Positions 53,437 through 63,750 of a stretch of DNA of 64,000 bases are shown piece by piece. How positions within the stretch are numbered: position 1 is the stretch's first letter; the number at the start of each line of letters is the position of its first letter. The stretch is from sequence record PV611058.1. The stretch is one strand, 5' to 3'. The position numbers and the translations under genes are program-made. The notes under the pieces were generated by a model, which saw nothing but the letters and a program-made list of their open reading frames with translations, searched no databases and was not told where the DNA came from.

Positions 53437-54612
53437 TTACATGAAAGTAACGTTTTTGATAGCGATTTTGCTGTAGTAGTCAGCAGCGTTACCTAGTGAA
53501 CTGGTGCTATCGGTCAATTGAACATACCCGTATCTGGTTAAGAAAGTTGTAACGAGTTCCCCAGTGTTAGGGTCCATTACAGTACCGGAAGCCATTAGTG
53601 GGATGTATGGGCAATAGAACACACCAGCATCAGTTTCAGCATTACCTTTGTAACCAATCAAAATATCTTCTACGTCGCTGGCATACGTGTCTACAAAAAT
53701 ACGCATGGTGCTGTTTAGAGTACCAACAAATTTAACGTTAGTTGGAGCTTCGAAAGTACCTTCAGTAGTACGTGCAAAACTAGAAGTAGTTGCAGACTGT
53801 AGAATGGTTAGAGCGGTTGGAGAAACAACAGCCCAGTTCGCAGCACCACGTTTGGTACGACGAGCAACTTCGTTCGCTTGACGGTTGATTAGGGTAGCTA
53901 GAGCAGCGTGCTCGTCACCAACGAAGGTCGCAACACCAGTAACTTTAGATTGGTCATAAGTTACAGCAGCAGCACCAGGTAGTGCACGTAGACGGCTTAG
54001 TAGCTCTTGGTCGATTTCAACGGTAACTTCTTGAGCGATTGCAGCCATTAGTTCAGCTTCAACGTCGATACCATGTTGGGATTGTGCATCTTGTGCAGAT
54101 TCAACAGTCCAACGTGCAGATAGACGACGAGATTTCGCTTCAACAGTTTCACGTAGGATACGGATGTTAACGCGACGACCCATAGTACCTTCTAGTTGGC
54201 TAGTAGGAGCAGCTTGTGGGTTGCTGTTGTCTGCGTTTAGGTCACCAGTATAAGACTTAGCGATTTTGTATGGAGAAAGCATTTCTTCACCAGCGATAAC
54301 ACCAGGAGCGTTGTCAGCATATTGAACACGTAGGGTGTGGATCTGACCAACTGGGCCAGTCATTGGCTGAACACCGATGATTTCGTTAGCGATTACGGTT
54401 GGCATAACACGACGCATAATTGGTAGAATCACTTTGTTTAGAGTAGCGATGTTACCAGCGGTGGTTGCACCAGAAGTAGCAGATTCGTTTAGCATTAGTT
54501 TACGATGGTTATCAAGTACGGTTTCCATTACGGACTTACGAGTACCTTGTAGACCTTCAACTAGTTTCTCTTTAACTGCTACCCATTTGGATTCATTTAG
54601 TAGTTGTGACAT
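53437..54612 (-). CDS. gp23: Major capsid protein
   Basis: LPIMRRVMP, GVQPMTGPVGQI, VEAKSRRLSARWT, EIDQE, FYCPYIPL, TRYG. Confidence 0.97.
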   Translation of the reverse strand: MSQLLNESKWVAVKEKLVEGLQGTRKSVMETVLDNHRKLMLNESATSGATTAGNIATLNKVILPIMRRVMPTVIANEIIGVQPMTGPVGQIHTLRVQYADNAPGVIAGEEMLSPYKIAKSYTGDLNADNSNPQAAPTSQLEGTMGRRVNIRILRETVEAKSRRLSARWTVESAQDAQSQHGIDVEAELMAAIAQEVTVEIDQELLSRLRALPGAAAVTYDQSKVTGVATFVGDEHAALATLINRQANEVARRTKRGAANWAVVSPTALTILQSATTSSFARTTEGTFEAPTNVKFVGTLNSTMRIFVDTYASDVEDILIGYKGNAETDAGVFYCPYIPLMASGTVMDPNTGELVTTFLTRYGYVQLTDSTSSLGNAADYYSKIAIKNVTFM

Positions 54613-54702
54613 TATTATCTCCTTAAAGATGTTATATTCGTTTTTCAGTATGATATTATTTATAGAACTGAAAAATTTGATTATTAAAATGCTTTAAAAT
54701 GT

Positions 54703-55818
54703 TTATTTTTTATTGATACCAGAAAGAACATCGAGTTCTTTTAGGAATGCCATATCGTCAGCGGTCATTTCTTCGCTTTCAACAATAGCCTGACGGTTGC
54801 CAGTGATTACTTTACCTTCTGCAAGAGTTCTCTTAGCGGAAGACTGAACTGCTTGACGAGTGGTAGCAGATTCATTTACTTTAGTACCGTTAAGTACTGA
54901 CTTATGGTACTTGCTGAAATCGTCTTTAAGCTTTTCTGTAGGAGAAGTAGCTAGAAGGGATTCCATAATTTGTTTCTGTTGTGTAGTTAGTGGCTTAACT
55001 AGTTCAGACATAATCGCATTACGAGCTTGTGAATCTTCCATAATACGTAGTTTGGTTTTAGCAGCTTTAACTTCACTTACAGTTTCATTTAGTTCTTGCT
55101 TAACTTGAGCAATTTCGTCTTCTTTAGACTTGATTGATTCAGTTAGGGAACGTAGTAGTGAATTCTCATTAAATTGTTTGACATTAAACTCTTGAGCAAA
55201 TGCTTCAAAGATTTTACGACCAAACATATTTTGTTTTGCTTCAACAAGATCTTCTTTCAAAGCGTATAGGTTTTTCTGAGTAGTTTCTGCAATGTATTTA
55301 GCAGCACTTTCAGAGGTACGTTTGATGAAGTTGTTACGTGCTTCAGCAATTTGACGGGAGCCTTCAGCTAGTAGTTTAACGCGAGTTTCAACTAGTTGAC
55401 GTTTCTCGATGTGGAATTCTTTTAGCTCTTCTGCTAGGATACCGTTAGAGAAATTAACGAATTTACCCATGCATTCTTGAAGATGCTTACGTTCTTTACG
55501 CATTTGTTTAACTTCTTCAGCCAAAACAGAGTTAGAAAACGCAGAGAAATTACTTAGGGTTTTACGGAGAGTTACACGATCTTCTACAAGACGTTTTTTC
55601 TCTTCATATACTGCACCCATTTCTTCAGCGATAACTTGAGTAACCATAGTATTTAGACCTTCGGTTAGCTCGGACAAATCTTGTTTGTAGCGGCCTTTCA
55701 TTTCTTCACGCATTTCTGCGGCAAGTGTGTTTTTTTCTTCATTCCATGCTTCCTGAATTAGCTGTTTTGCCTCATCAGAAAGAGATGATTCTTTTAGAAG
55801 CTTTTCTAATTTAGACAT
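54703..55818 (-). CDS. gp22: Prohead core scaffolding protein
   Basis: Coiled-coil; GRKIFEAF motif; position between gp21 and gp23. Confidence 0.85.
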   Translation of the reverse strand: MSKLEKLLKESSLSDEAKQLIQEAWNEEKNTLAAEMREEMKGRYKQDLSELTEGLNTMVTQVIAEEMGAVYEEKKRLVEDRVTLRKTLSNFSAFSNSVLAEEVKQMRKERKHLQECMGKFVNFSNGILAEELKEFHIEKRQLVETRVKLLAEGSRQIAEARNNFIKRTSESAAKYIAETTQKNLYALKEDLVEAKQNMFGRKIFEAFAQEFNVKQFNENSLLRSLTESIKSKEDEIAQVKQELNETVSEVKAAKTKLRIMEDSQARNAIMSELVKPLTTQQKQIMESLLATSPTEKLKDDFSKYHKSVLNGTKVNESATTRQAVQSSAKRTLAEGKVITGNRQAIVESEEMTADDMAFLKELDVLSGINKK

Positions 55819-55884
55819 TCGTTCTCTCCTTTAAGTACTGAAATATCTGTACTTCAACATACAAATATTTATATTTTTAAAATG

Positions 55885-56505
55885 TTAACCTTTTAATTTC
55901 TTGAAAAAATCGTAAATTTCAGAATCTACATTATTTACTGTTTTAGATTCTGTGATTTTTTTAGGACTATTACAAGGTGATCCGTACTTACTCATCAGAG
56001 ATTCAAAAACCGCAGTAGGGTATGCCTCTGGAGCACTAGGTTGAGCAACAATATCAATTGTGATAATTTCAAAATCAGAAACTATTCCATTGTAATCCAC
56101 GTTACCGGAACCACGAGAACTTACACCAAGTTTCACACCAGCTTCTAGCATTTTACGAATATTAGTACCATGAGCAGTATCAAGTAGTTTGATTTCTGCC
56201 ATGCCGTTAGCACCTTCCATCCAGACCTTAGTAATCATTGCTGCTACACGGTCAAGGTTAATTGTTAGTGTTTCTGGGTGGTCACATTCAACTAGAATAC
56301 TTTCACCTTTAGCCAAACGTTGAGCCATATTATTAACAGCTTTAGTAATTTCGGCTAAAGGGTAAATTCTCTCATTTAAATTTCTTTGATCGGCTTGAAT
56401 AGCAATACCACGAAGATAGCAATCACGCCCACCAAGTCCATTATCACGATGTTCCAAAACAACTTTAGAATCATTGAATGAAGACCATTCACGAATCATA
56501 CTCAT
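55885..56505 (-). CDS. gp21: Prohead core protease
   Basis: NLNERIYP, ECDHP, LGVSSRGSG, DIVAQPSAPEAYP. Confidence 0.95.
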   Translation of the reverse strand: MSMIREWSSFNDSKVVLEHRDNGLGGRDCYLRGIAIQADQRNLNERIYPLAEITKAVNNMAQRLAKGESILVECDHPETLTINLDRVAAMITKVWMEGANGMAEIKLLDTAHGTNIRKMLEAGVKLGVSSRGSGNVDYNGIVSDFEIITIDIVAQPSAPEAYPTAVFESLMSKYGSPCNSPKKITESKTVNNVDSEIYDFFKKLKG

Positions 56506-56536
56506 AATGATCTCCTTTCCTTTTCTTTATTTAGTG

Positions 56537-57370
56537 TTAGATTTTTGGTTGTGATTTTGGTAGTGGAGAACGAGATTTAGAAGCGGTATTTTTTGGCTTC
56601 GCAACATCTTTCATTTCGCCACGAGCATTTTTACCTAGGTCTTCATCAGTGTGGGACATAGCATCTTCGTTTTCAAAATCATAATCTACTTGTTTTTCGG
56701 AAGCTTTAGCGAATTTCACTGGAGCAACACCTTGAACTGGAGATTTAGCTTCTGGGGCAACTGGAGACTTGGTATTAACGCCAGCTTTTTCTTTCTTATC
56801 AACCGCAGCAACTTGCTTAAGTTTGAAAGACTCACCAACTTTCTCATCACCGAATTGTACATCAGCAAATTCGTCTTCAGATTCTTCACCATCAGCACCG
56901 AATTCTTCTTCCGCACCAACTTCAACTTCTTCGTCGTCAGAACCTAGGTCAACTTCATCACCACCGATTTCGTCAAACATTTGTTGTAGGCCACGGAAAG
57001 CATCTTGAATAGATTCCCATTGGTCTTCAGAAGGAACTTCTGCACCAACTTCTGCTTCAGCGTCAACTTCTTCGCCATCAGCATCAGCAGAGAATTCAAC
57101 TTCTTCTTCTGCACTTTCATCTTCTTCACCTAGGGTGTATTCGATTTCAGCATTTAGACCAGCGTCTGGTTGAACATCAAAGTCTTCGTCAAGTTTTTCT
57201 TCGTCTTTGACTTCAACTTCACATTCTTCTTCGTCCATGCTTTCTTCTAGTTCTTTATTGATTTCTTGAGCTTGCTCAACAAAGTACTTACGCATTTTTT
57301 TATCAGCAACATCTTGTTCGCCGTTTGCAAACGCTTCAATTGCTTCTTGTAGTAGTTTTAAATTCGCCAT
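56537..57370 (-). CDS. Acidic prohead core protein (gp67/68-like position)
   Basis: Very acidic; late promoter 57419-57414; between portal and gp21. Confidence 0.6.
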   Translation of the reverse strand: MANLKLLQEAIEAFANGEQDVADKKMRKYFVEQAQEINKELEESMDEEECEVEVKDEEKLDEDFDVQPDAGLNAEIEYTLGEEDESAEEEVEFSADADGEEVDAEAEVGAEVPSEDQWESIQDAFRGLQQMFDEIGGDEVDLGSDDEEVEVGAEEEFGADGEESEDEFADVQFGDEKVGESFKLKQVAAVDKKEKAGVNTKSPVAPEAKSPVQGVAPVKFAKASEKQVDYDFENEDAMSHTDEDLGKNARGEMKDVAKPKNTASKSRSPLPKSQPKI

Positions 57371-57470
57371 TATATCCTCCATAGATATATTACATTCATA
57401 TAAAGTATGATATTATTTAGTACTGAAAAATTTCGCCATTTTTAAAAGCTTTAAAAAGTGCGATTTTTGT

Positions 57471-57701
57471 TTACATTAATCCTGAACCATCACCGGATGG
57501 TGGTGCTGCTGCATAAACAACAGCGACAACATTTTTGCGTCGTTGTTCTTCATTAGCTTTAAATTCACGGTACTTTCTTAAATTATTAAGTACTTGTAAT
57601 GTTAGTTTTGGTTTTCTGGAATCAGTAATTTTATATACGTTCTGATCATCTTCAGGGTCGTATAAAGAATCACTGCTAGATTCAAAGATGTCCTTTAACA
57701 T
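57471..57701 (-). CDS. Small late protein
   Basis: Late promoter 57771-57766; AAAGGAG RBS. Confidence 0.65.
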   Translation of the reverse strand: MLKDIFESSSDSLYDPEDDQNVYKITDSRKPKLTLQVLNNLRKYREFKANEEQRRKNVVAVVYAAAPPSGDGSGLM

Positions 57702-57774
57702 TTCATCTCCTTTGAATATGCATTATAATGAGGGCAACTAATGTACCCTCATTCTTATACATTGTTATTTATGA

Positions 57775-59511
57775 TTAAAAAGAATCGCCTAAATTATTCG
57801 GGTTAAAACCTGCACTTCCTTGTTGTTCTTGGTATTCAGCATCGGCACTTTCTAAGTTACCGTCACCATCAATACCCAAATCCATACCAGGATCGTTAGG
57901 AGCATCTATACCAACAGATTGCAACCCAGCAGCATCTTCTTCACCACTTGACGGAGCGGAACCATCTTGTGGATTTTCTTGGAGCCACATTTGCTCATTC
58001 TTAACAATATCAGCTTTAGAGAAGCCCATTTTTTCAAGAATAGTTTGTTTTGCCATATATGGCAGATCGTTAAGTGGGAGATAGGTGTTAATTAGTTTAG
58101 CATCTAGTTCCGCTTTACGATAAGAAGCCAAGTTAATAGGTGGATTCATAATTACTTCAAAAGATGAAGTACTAATGTTATATCCATTTTTAACCATAAA
58201 ACGTTTAAATTCTGCATCAAATAGTTTTGCAACTAAACGTTGATAACGCATACATTGGTTATTAAAACGTAATTCACTTGCCATTGCTTGTGTTGCACCA
58301 TCACCGAATAGTGATACACCACCATCATCTGGACCTTGCGGTAGATATGAAGCTGGAATTTGCAATCCACGAATCAATTTATTGTTGAAGTAACGCAAGT
58401 CATCAATCTGACCTAAGTTATCACCACCTGGAAGTGTTTGTACATCTGAACCACGACCTTCAGAAGTTTGTGGGAAGAAGTAATCTTCTAGAATACTTAA
58501 TGGATTATATGCTGCATCCATTAGAGAAGTACTGCCACCTTTATTTGAAGGAATACGNNNNNNNNNNNNNNNNNNNNNNNNNNNNNNNNNNNNNNNNNNN
58601 NNNNNNNNNNNNNNNNNNNNNNNNNNNNNNNNNNNNNNNNNNNNNNNNNNNNNNNNNNNNNNNNNNNNNNNNNNNNNNNNNNNNNNNNNNNNNNNNNNNN
58701 NNNNNNNNNNNNCTTTGAAAACATCTTCAAGTATACTAGTACCAAAAGGCCAAACTCCATCTTGTCCTGTATTTAGGGTTAGATGAATTACGTGTTCTGC
58801 ACCAACTGGAATAACATCAAGACGACCGTTAGTACTGAATGGGTCAGCAGAGTTTCCTTGGTTAGTAAAGCCAGATGCACCACCTGCTGCTACTGAACCA
58901 CCGCCACCTAATGTGGTAGGGATTGCACCAGGATATGCAGTTTTGTCAAAACCAACTTGCAAGTTACTAAACACTTTATCTTTAAGATTCAAAGATACAT
59001 CACGGATATAATAAATTACAGGGGTTTTTCCGGTTGCTTCGTTAACGAATACTTGTTCAACGTTTTTTGGGCTTACCCAGTACCAGTCAAATGTTTCTGG
59101 GTCACGAATGAAGAATTGGTCACCGTATTTTAATAGGCCACGTACAATTTCATACATTCTGGTTTTAAAATCATTTTGTTCAGTCCATGCATCCAAACGG
59201 TCTTCAATAGTAGTTACTTCTGTATCACCAATATCATCTTTATATTTGATTTTATATGGAAGACCAAAATCTTCAGTACTTTGTGTACAGAAGTCAGCAA
59301 TGATATTAAGTGCTGTTCTAATTTCAGGATCTTGGTCCATCTGTTCATACTGACTATAACGTTCAGTACGGTTAGCTAAACCATTGTATACTACTGGAAG
59401 ATAGGAAGCGAAATTTGTTTTCGTTCCTGTTGATTTGTTGCTATTACTGGACTGATTAGGGACGACCGATAACTTCGATCTCCCCATTGTCATATGTCGT
59501 TTCCAACTCAT
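57775..59511 (-). CDS. gp20: Portal protein (spans assembly gap)
   Basis: YEQMDQDPEI, LEDYFFP...GRGSDVQTLPGG.NLG.IDD..YF..KL...L.IP.S. Confidence 0.93.
   Translation of the reverse strand: MSWKRHMTMGRSKLSVVPNQSSNSNKSTGTKTNFASYLPVVYNGLANRTERYSQYEQMDQDPEIRTALNIIADFCTQSTEDFGLPYKIKYKDDIGDTEVTTIEDRLDAWTEQNDFKTRMYEIVRGLLKYGDQFFIRDPETFDWYWVSPKNVEQVFVNEATGKTPVIYYIRDVSLNLKDKVFSNLQVGFDKTAYPGAIPTTLGGGGSVAAGGASGFTNQGNSADPFSTNGRLDVIPVGAEHVIHLTLNTGQDGVWPFGTSILEDVFKXXXXXXXXXXXXXXXXXXXXXXXXXXXXXXXXXXXXXXXXXXXXXXXXXXXXRIPSNKGGSTSLMDAAYNPLSILEDYFFPQTSEGRGSDVQTLPGGDNLGQIDDLRYFNNKLIRGLQIPASYLPQGPDDGGVSLFGDGATQAMASELRFNNQCMRYQRLVAKLFDAEFKRFMVKNGYNISTSSFEVIMNPPINLASYRKAELDAKLINTYLPLNDLPYMAKQTILEKMGFSKADIVKNEQMWLQENPQDGSAPSSGEEDAAGLQSVGIDAPNDPGMDLGIDGDGNLESADAEYQEQQGSAGFNPNNLGDSF
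58558..58712. other. Assembly gap (155 N)
   Basis: Run of N within the portal gene. Confidence 0.99.
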
Positions 59512-59523
59512 TATTGTTCGTCC

Positions 59524-61722
59524 TTAACTGTTTCTCTCACCTTGGGTGTTTTCAGAGATAGTTCTTAGATAATTATTTGTCTGTTGTACAGCAGATAGTG
59601 ATTGTTCATTAACATCGGCAAGCTTTTTGAGTATTTCTTTCATTTCATCAGAAATCGGTGCTGGTGGTCCAGTTCTCGATGTCACTGCACTACCATTATT
59701 TATCATCTTCTTAATTGCCTCTGTATCGTCAGGTTTTGGCGGTACTGGTGGTTCACCTGGTGCCCATGCAGTTTTATCAAAATCTTTACGAGATACAGTT
59801 ATCTCTGGAGCAACGTTATTGGTTTTTTCAATAACAGGACGAATACGTTCTACTCCTGGACGGTTGAATAAACTGTCAGCATAATCAGATGGTAGTGGTT
59901 TTGGTTCTTTGTAGTTACGTGAGGTGTTCCATTTGTTGAACTTATCCCACATCCCTGCAAAATAATCACTAACACTATTTACACCGTTGTCAATGATGTT
60001 GTTTACGCTTTCTGCTGGGGTTTCAGTACTGTTATTGAGTTTTATATCATTATCAGAACCACCACCGAACCAACTTTTAACAGAATTCCATAGGTTACCA
60101 GGTAAATCCATTAAGTTATTCATAAAGGTATCAAATGCTTCTGACACTTTAGAGTAACCTGAACCGAATATATCTGCACCCAATCCATCCAACCAAGCTG
60201 TAAATTCAGCACCAATACGATCAAGGTAAGCAATTGCATCTTTAGCAATAGGTACTAACCCAAATCCATCAAGAGCCAATTCCCCAATAAACTCCCATGC
60301 ACCATCAGTTCTGTCTGCAATGTCAGAAAGATAATCCACAATTGAATTTTGTGTATTAGCATACATTGTATTAAATGGTTCAGTGAATTCTTTACTAATC
60401 CACATATTGAAGCGGTTAGTAAATTGAGTTAATTTATCAGCGGGATTATTTTTAGGTTCATTTACGGTTGCTTCCATATCCAATAGTTGTTGGTAGAAGG
60501 TTGCAGCAGTTGTGTTTCCTAATTGAATCTGGTTAAGCAAATCTTGCTTAATTAATTCTTTATTCTTTTTAACGAATTCTAATTGTTGGCGACGAATTTC
60601 TTGTGAATCAGTTACACCACTACGTACAAGATTTTCACCTAAATCAGCGAACTGGTTCAGTACTGGAGTGAGTAGGTCATCCGGTACGCCACCAATAGAC
60701 AATCTGTGTGATATCAAACGGAGGAAATCTGCACCTGCATCACCCATTGCACCCGCAGCTTCGTTGAACGCCTTAGATGTTGCTACAGCAGCTTTACTGG
60801 ATAGTCCAGAGTAGTTCTGCAATGCAATTTGCATAGAACGAGTATCGAGTGATTTATCTAGGTTTTGTGTTTTGTTTAGTAATGCATCAACGGATTCACC
60901 CATGCTTTTACTGAATTTAGTCATGCTCATGATAAATTGTTCAGTACTTTTAGCTTGGTCCATACTACGAAGAGCTTCACGACCACCATATTGTTTTTGG
61001 AACTTAATGTTTCTTGCAGTTAAATCAGTTAATGTTTTTTGAGAAATACCATAAAGGCCAAGTTCATTTTGAGCTTGTTGAACAGTTCCTAATAATTTAC
61101 CAAAGGTAGCAACACCATCACCATATGCCCCATCCAATTGAGCTACTACAGAACTATGTGTTTGTAGAGCTTCACTGAATGCATCCATACTCAACATAGA
61201 TGCACCTGCACCTTTCAGTACTGAGCCATAACCTTCAGCCAATGCAACACCAGCACTGTTAATTCTGGTATAAACTTCCAATTGTGCATTAAGGGCATTG
61301 TATACCGCAAGACCAGCACCAGTAACGAGTTTAAACGCTGCTGCCGCTGCACCAATTGGACCTGGCATCATTGCTAATGAACCAGCAAATGATGATGCAC
61401 TAACGCCTAATGAGTTTACTACAGTACTTACGTTGGTACTGGAGTTCATCATTGTTTTGCTTACATTAGAAACTTCAGAAGATAGTGATTTGAACAATTT
61501 ACCAAATGCTTTCCCGTCATCGGCTTGTGCACTTCCACGATTTCCACGATTACTGGAAGAACTGGAACTGGAACCATTCTTTTTACTATTTGAACCTGAT
61601 TTTTTCTTATCATTCTTTATATTTTCAGCTAATAACTCACGGATAGCAGTCAAACTATCATTGTTATCTTTAGTTTGATTAACCAACTGCTGTAGTAGGT
61701 AATCACTTGTATTGACAGCCAT
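59524..61722 (-). CDS. Tape measure / baseplate hub-like protein
   Basis: 732 aa, Ala/Gly-rich helical N-half, late promoter 61760-61755, next to tail genes. Confidence 0.65.
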   Translation of the reverse strand: MAVNTSDYLLQQLVNQTKDNNDSLTAIRELLAENIKNDKKKSGSNSKKNGSSSSSSSNRGNRGSAQADDGKAFGKLFKSLSSEVSNVSKTMMNSSTNVSTVVNSLGVSASSFAGSLAMMPGPIGAAAAAFKLVTGAGLAVYNALNAQLEVYTRINSAGVALAEGYGSVLKGAGASMLSMDAFSEALQTHSSVVAQLDGAYGDGVATFGKLLGTVQQAQNELGLYGISQKTLTDLTARNIKFQKQYGGREALRSMDQAKSTEQFIMSMTKFSKSMGESVDALLNKTQNLDKSLDTRSMQIALQNYSGLSSKAAVATSKAFNEAAGAMGDAGADFLRLISHRLSIGGVPDDLLTPVLNQFADLGENLVRSGVTDSQEIRRQQLEFVKKNKELIKQDLLNQIQLGNTTAATFYQQLLDMEATVNEPKNNPADKLTQFTNRFNMWISKEFTEPFNTMYANTQNSIVDYLSDIADRTDGAWEFIGELALDGFGLVPIAKDAIAYLDRIGAEFTAWLDGLGADIFGSGYSKVSEAFDTFMNNLMDLPGNLWNSVKSWFGGGSDNDIKLNNSTETPAESVNNIIDNGVNSVSDYFAGMWDKFNKWNTSRNYKEPKPLPSDYADSLFNRPGVERIRPVIEKTNNVAPEITVSRKDFDKTAWAPGEPPVPPKPDDTEAIKKMINNGSAVTSRTGPPAPISDEMKEILKKLADVNEQSLSAVQQTNNYLRTISENTQGERNS

Positions 61723-61867
61723 AACATTCCCTTTTAATAGATGTATTATAGAAATATTTATGAATCTATAACGAATAAAAAAGACCCATCTATAACATTT
61801 GTCCAATTTGTCCCATTTTTTGGTAATAAATACTACAGAGACATTTATTACATGGAGATTTAATAAA

Positions 61868-62704
61868 ATGGCAATGAACCCACTAGCTAAGTATACTAAA
61901 ATTGAAGAACTTGGTACAAAATTGGTCACAAATGGCGTGATTCCTTATAAAGAAGGAGTTCTTGGCTCTAAAGGTATCAAATGTGGCATTTGTGCTCGTA
62001 GTGCACGTGATGAAATGACACTCAATACACCAGATATGCTTCTAAATGGTGATGCAATTGCTCGTGTTATTGAAAACTGCGTACCTAACGTACTTGATGC
62101 AGATGAACTTTATGTAAATGACGTAGAGCAACTACTTATCGCTATTAAAGTAGCTTCTAAAGAAGAATCATATGATATTAATGTGACATGCCCTGAATGT
62201 AACAAAGAAGGCCGTTTTGAGCGTAGCTTATCATATCTACTAGAAACAGCACAAACTTTCAGTGAAGTTCCTACTGTACAATTGGATAATGGACTAAGTT
62301 TAGAGTTTAGACCACTTACTTGGAAGGAATATTCTAACTTCGCAGAAAGAATGTTTACAGAACAACAAAAAACTAAATTCCTTGAAACTGCCGAAATGGA
62401 GCAGGAAGAAAAAGTTAAAGTGTTTGGTGAAGTATTTGAAAGTATGGCACAACTCAACTTTGATATGATCGCAGGAGTTATTGCTAAGGTAATTACACCT
62501 GAAGGTGATGAAGTAACTGAAAATGAATTCATTTCTGAATGGCTAGGTCAGCAGTCCAAAGGAACACTTAAAATAATTCGTGAAAAAATGGATGAAGTAC
62601 TTGAAATTGGTGTTTCCCATACTATGGAAGTTGAATGCAGTGACTGTAATCATCAATGGGAAATTAATGGACTGAAATATGACCCAAGTCATTTTTTCGC
62701 ATAA
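61868..62704 (+). CDS. gp26: Baseplate hub / tail assembly protein (gp26-like)
   Basis: NPLAKY, DEMTLNTPDMLLNG, CPEC and CSDC, ends HFFA. Confidence 0.7.
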   Translation: MAMNPLAKYTKIEELGTKLVTNGVIPYKEGVLGSKGIKCGICARSARDEMTLNTPDMLLNGDAIARVIENCVPNVLDADELYVNDVEQLLIAIKVASKEESYDINVTCPECNKEGRFERSLSYLLETAQTFSEVPTVQLDNGLSLEFRPLTWKEYSNFAERMFTEQQKTKFLETAEMEQEEKVKVFGEVFESMAQLNFDMIAGVIAKVITPEGDEVTENEFISEWLGQQSKGTLKIIREKMDEVLEIGVSHTMEVECSDCNHQWEINGLKYDPSHFFA

Positions 62705-62913
62705 TGCTTCTCCACTCATCTCCTGAAGAAATACAAGAAGTACTTAAGGAATTTGAGTTGAATAAGTCAGATATTAAAACTGCATTAATGGAGTGTTCTG
62801 TTTATATGGAAAGTGTTGATTACGGAACACTACTTAATATGCCACTAATTGATAGAGACTTATTAGTTAAGTCTTTTAATAAGAAAATTAAAAAACAAAA
62901 CGAGAAGCACTAA
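62704..62913 (+). CDS. gp51-like hub assembly protein / possible -1 frameshift extension of gp26
   Basis: LLNMPLIDRDLLV resembles gp51 ..NM.P.ER...; TAATG overlap; T TTT TTC heptamer upstream. Confidence 0.55.
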   Translation: MLLHSSPEEIQEVLKEFELNKSDIKTALMECSVYMESVDYGTLLNMPLIDRDLLVKSFNKKIKKQNEKH

Positions 62914-62922
62914 CTCACAAGG

Positions 62923-62951
62923 AGCCAGCACATTGTTGCTGGTTTTTTTTG
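62923..62951 (+). terminator. Intrinsic terminator
   Basis: CCAGCA-CATTGT-TGCTGG followed by a T-run. Confidence 0.8.
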
Positions 62952-63622
62952 GTTTTAAACTACAGAATTGATTGAATTGAATTATGAAAGGAATTAATTA
63001 TTTTATAGTGAACTCATCTAACTCATTTCATTCGTTAGCTGAAGAATATTCGTTACTACGTAACTCATATTCATTTCTTATAATTAATTATAAAGAACTT
63101 TAAAAGATTTAATACTTGACGGGATTTGTTGAAGACATTTTCATCCCCCCGCAGGGGAATGAAGACAATAAAAAAGAGACAATTAAGTCTCTTAATTCTT
63201 GACGCTGATGGTTTCAGCATTTATTGTATTGCGAATTTCTTAAAATTCATTAAGAACGAAAGCGGGTTGCTCTGTTTCTCTCTATCGCAGTCATGTGCAA
63301 CGGTCGTCAGTCTTAATCATCCTGACACTCACCTGAAAGTCTATACAATCAAACTTCAGGCTGTTTATTAAATCACTTAATAAACTCCCTTAGCAAATCT
63401 GGTAAGGTGCGATCCTTATACATCTATCGAGGAACTCTCTGTATGCTTATCGGAGTTCTTTATTGAGCCGTGTCGCCGTGAGGGGTTCAAACTATGCCCA
63501 CATCTAACGGGTTTCTTCTGCTCATCGCACTGTTGAACTGCTCATCTGCCATCTACATTTTCGATAGGATCAGGTTCTAATTTATATGCATTTCTGCATT
63601 CAACAGGATTGTCATCACTACA
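62950..63622 (-). ncRNA. Candidate large structured non-coding RNA
   Basis: No credible ORF; at least nine stems including long-range helices; G-U pairs favour the minus strand; own TGAGAC-17-TATAAT promoter at 63657-63629. Confidence 0.55.
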
Positions 63623-63750
63623 ATTAACATTATAGCACCAAATTCAAAAGTGTCTCACTATTATGATAAAAAATTTATAAAAAGTACATAATTCTTGAAC
63701 ATTGAAGTAACGCATAAATATTTTGATAAGAATTAGTTTAGTGGGGATTT

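Noticed and set aside
56537-57370. Low-complexity acidic repeats as a DNA repeat element
   Set aside because: Explained by Glu/Asp-rich prohead core protein coding
63432-63458. UCCG in the candidate ncRNA as a guide or anticodon for the CGGA sites
   Set aside because: Only a 4-nt match, partly within a stem, with no extended complementarity to the three different flanking contexts
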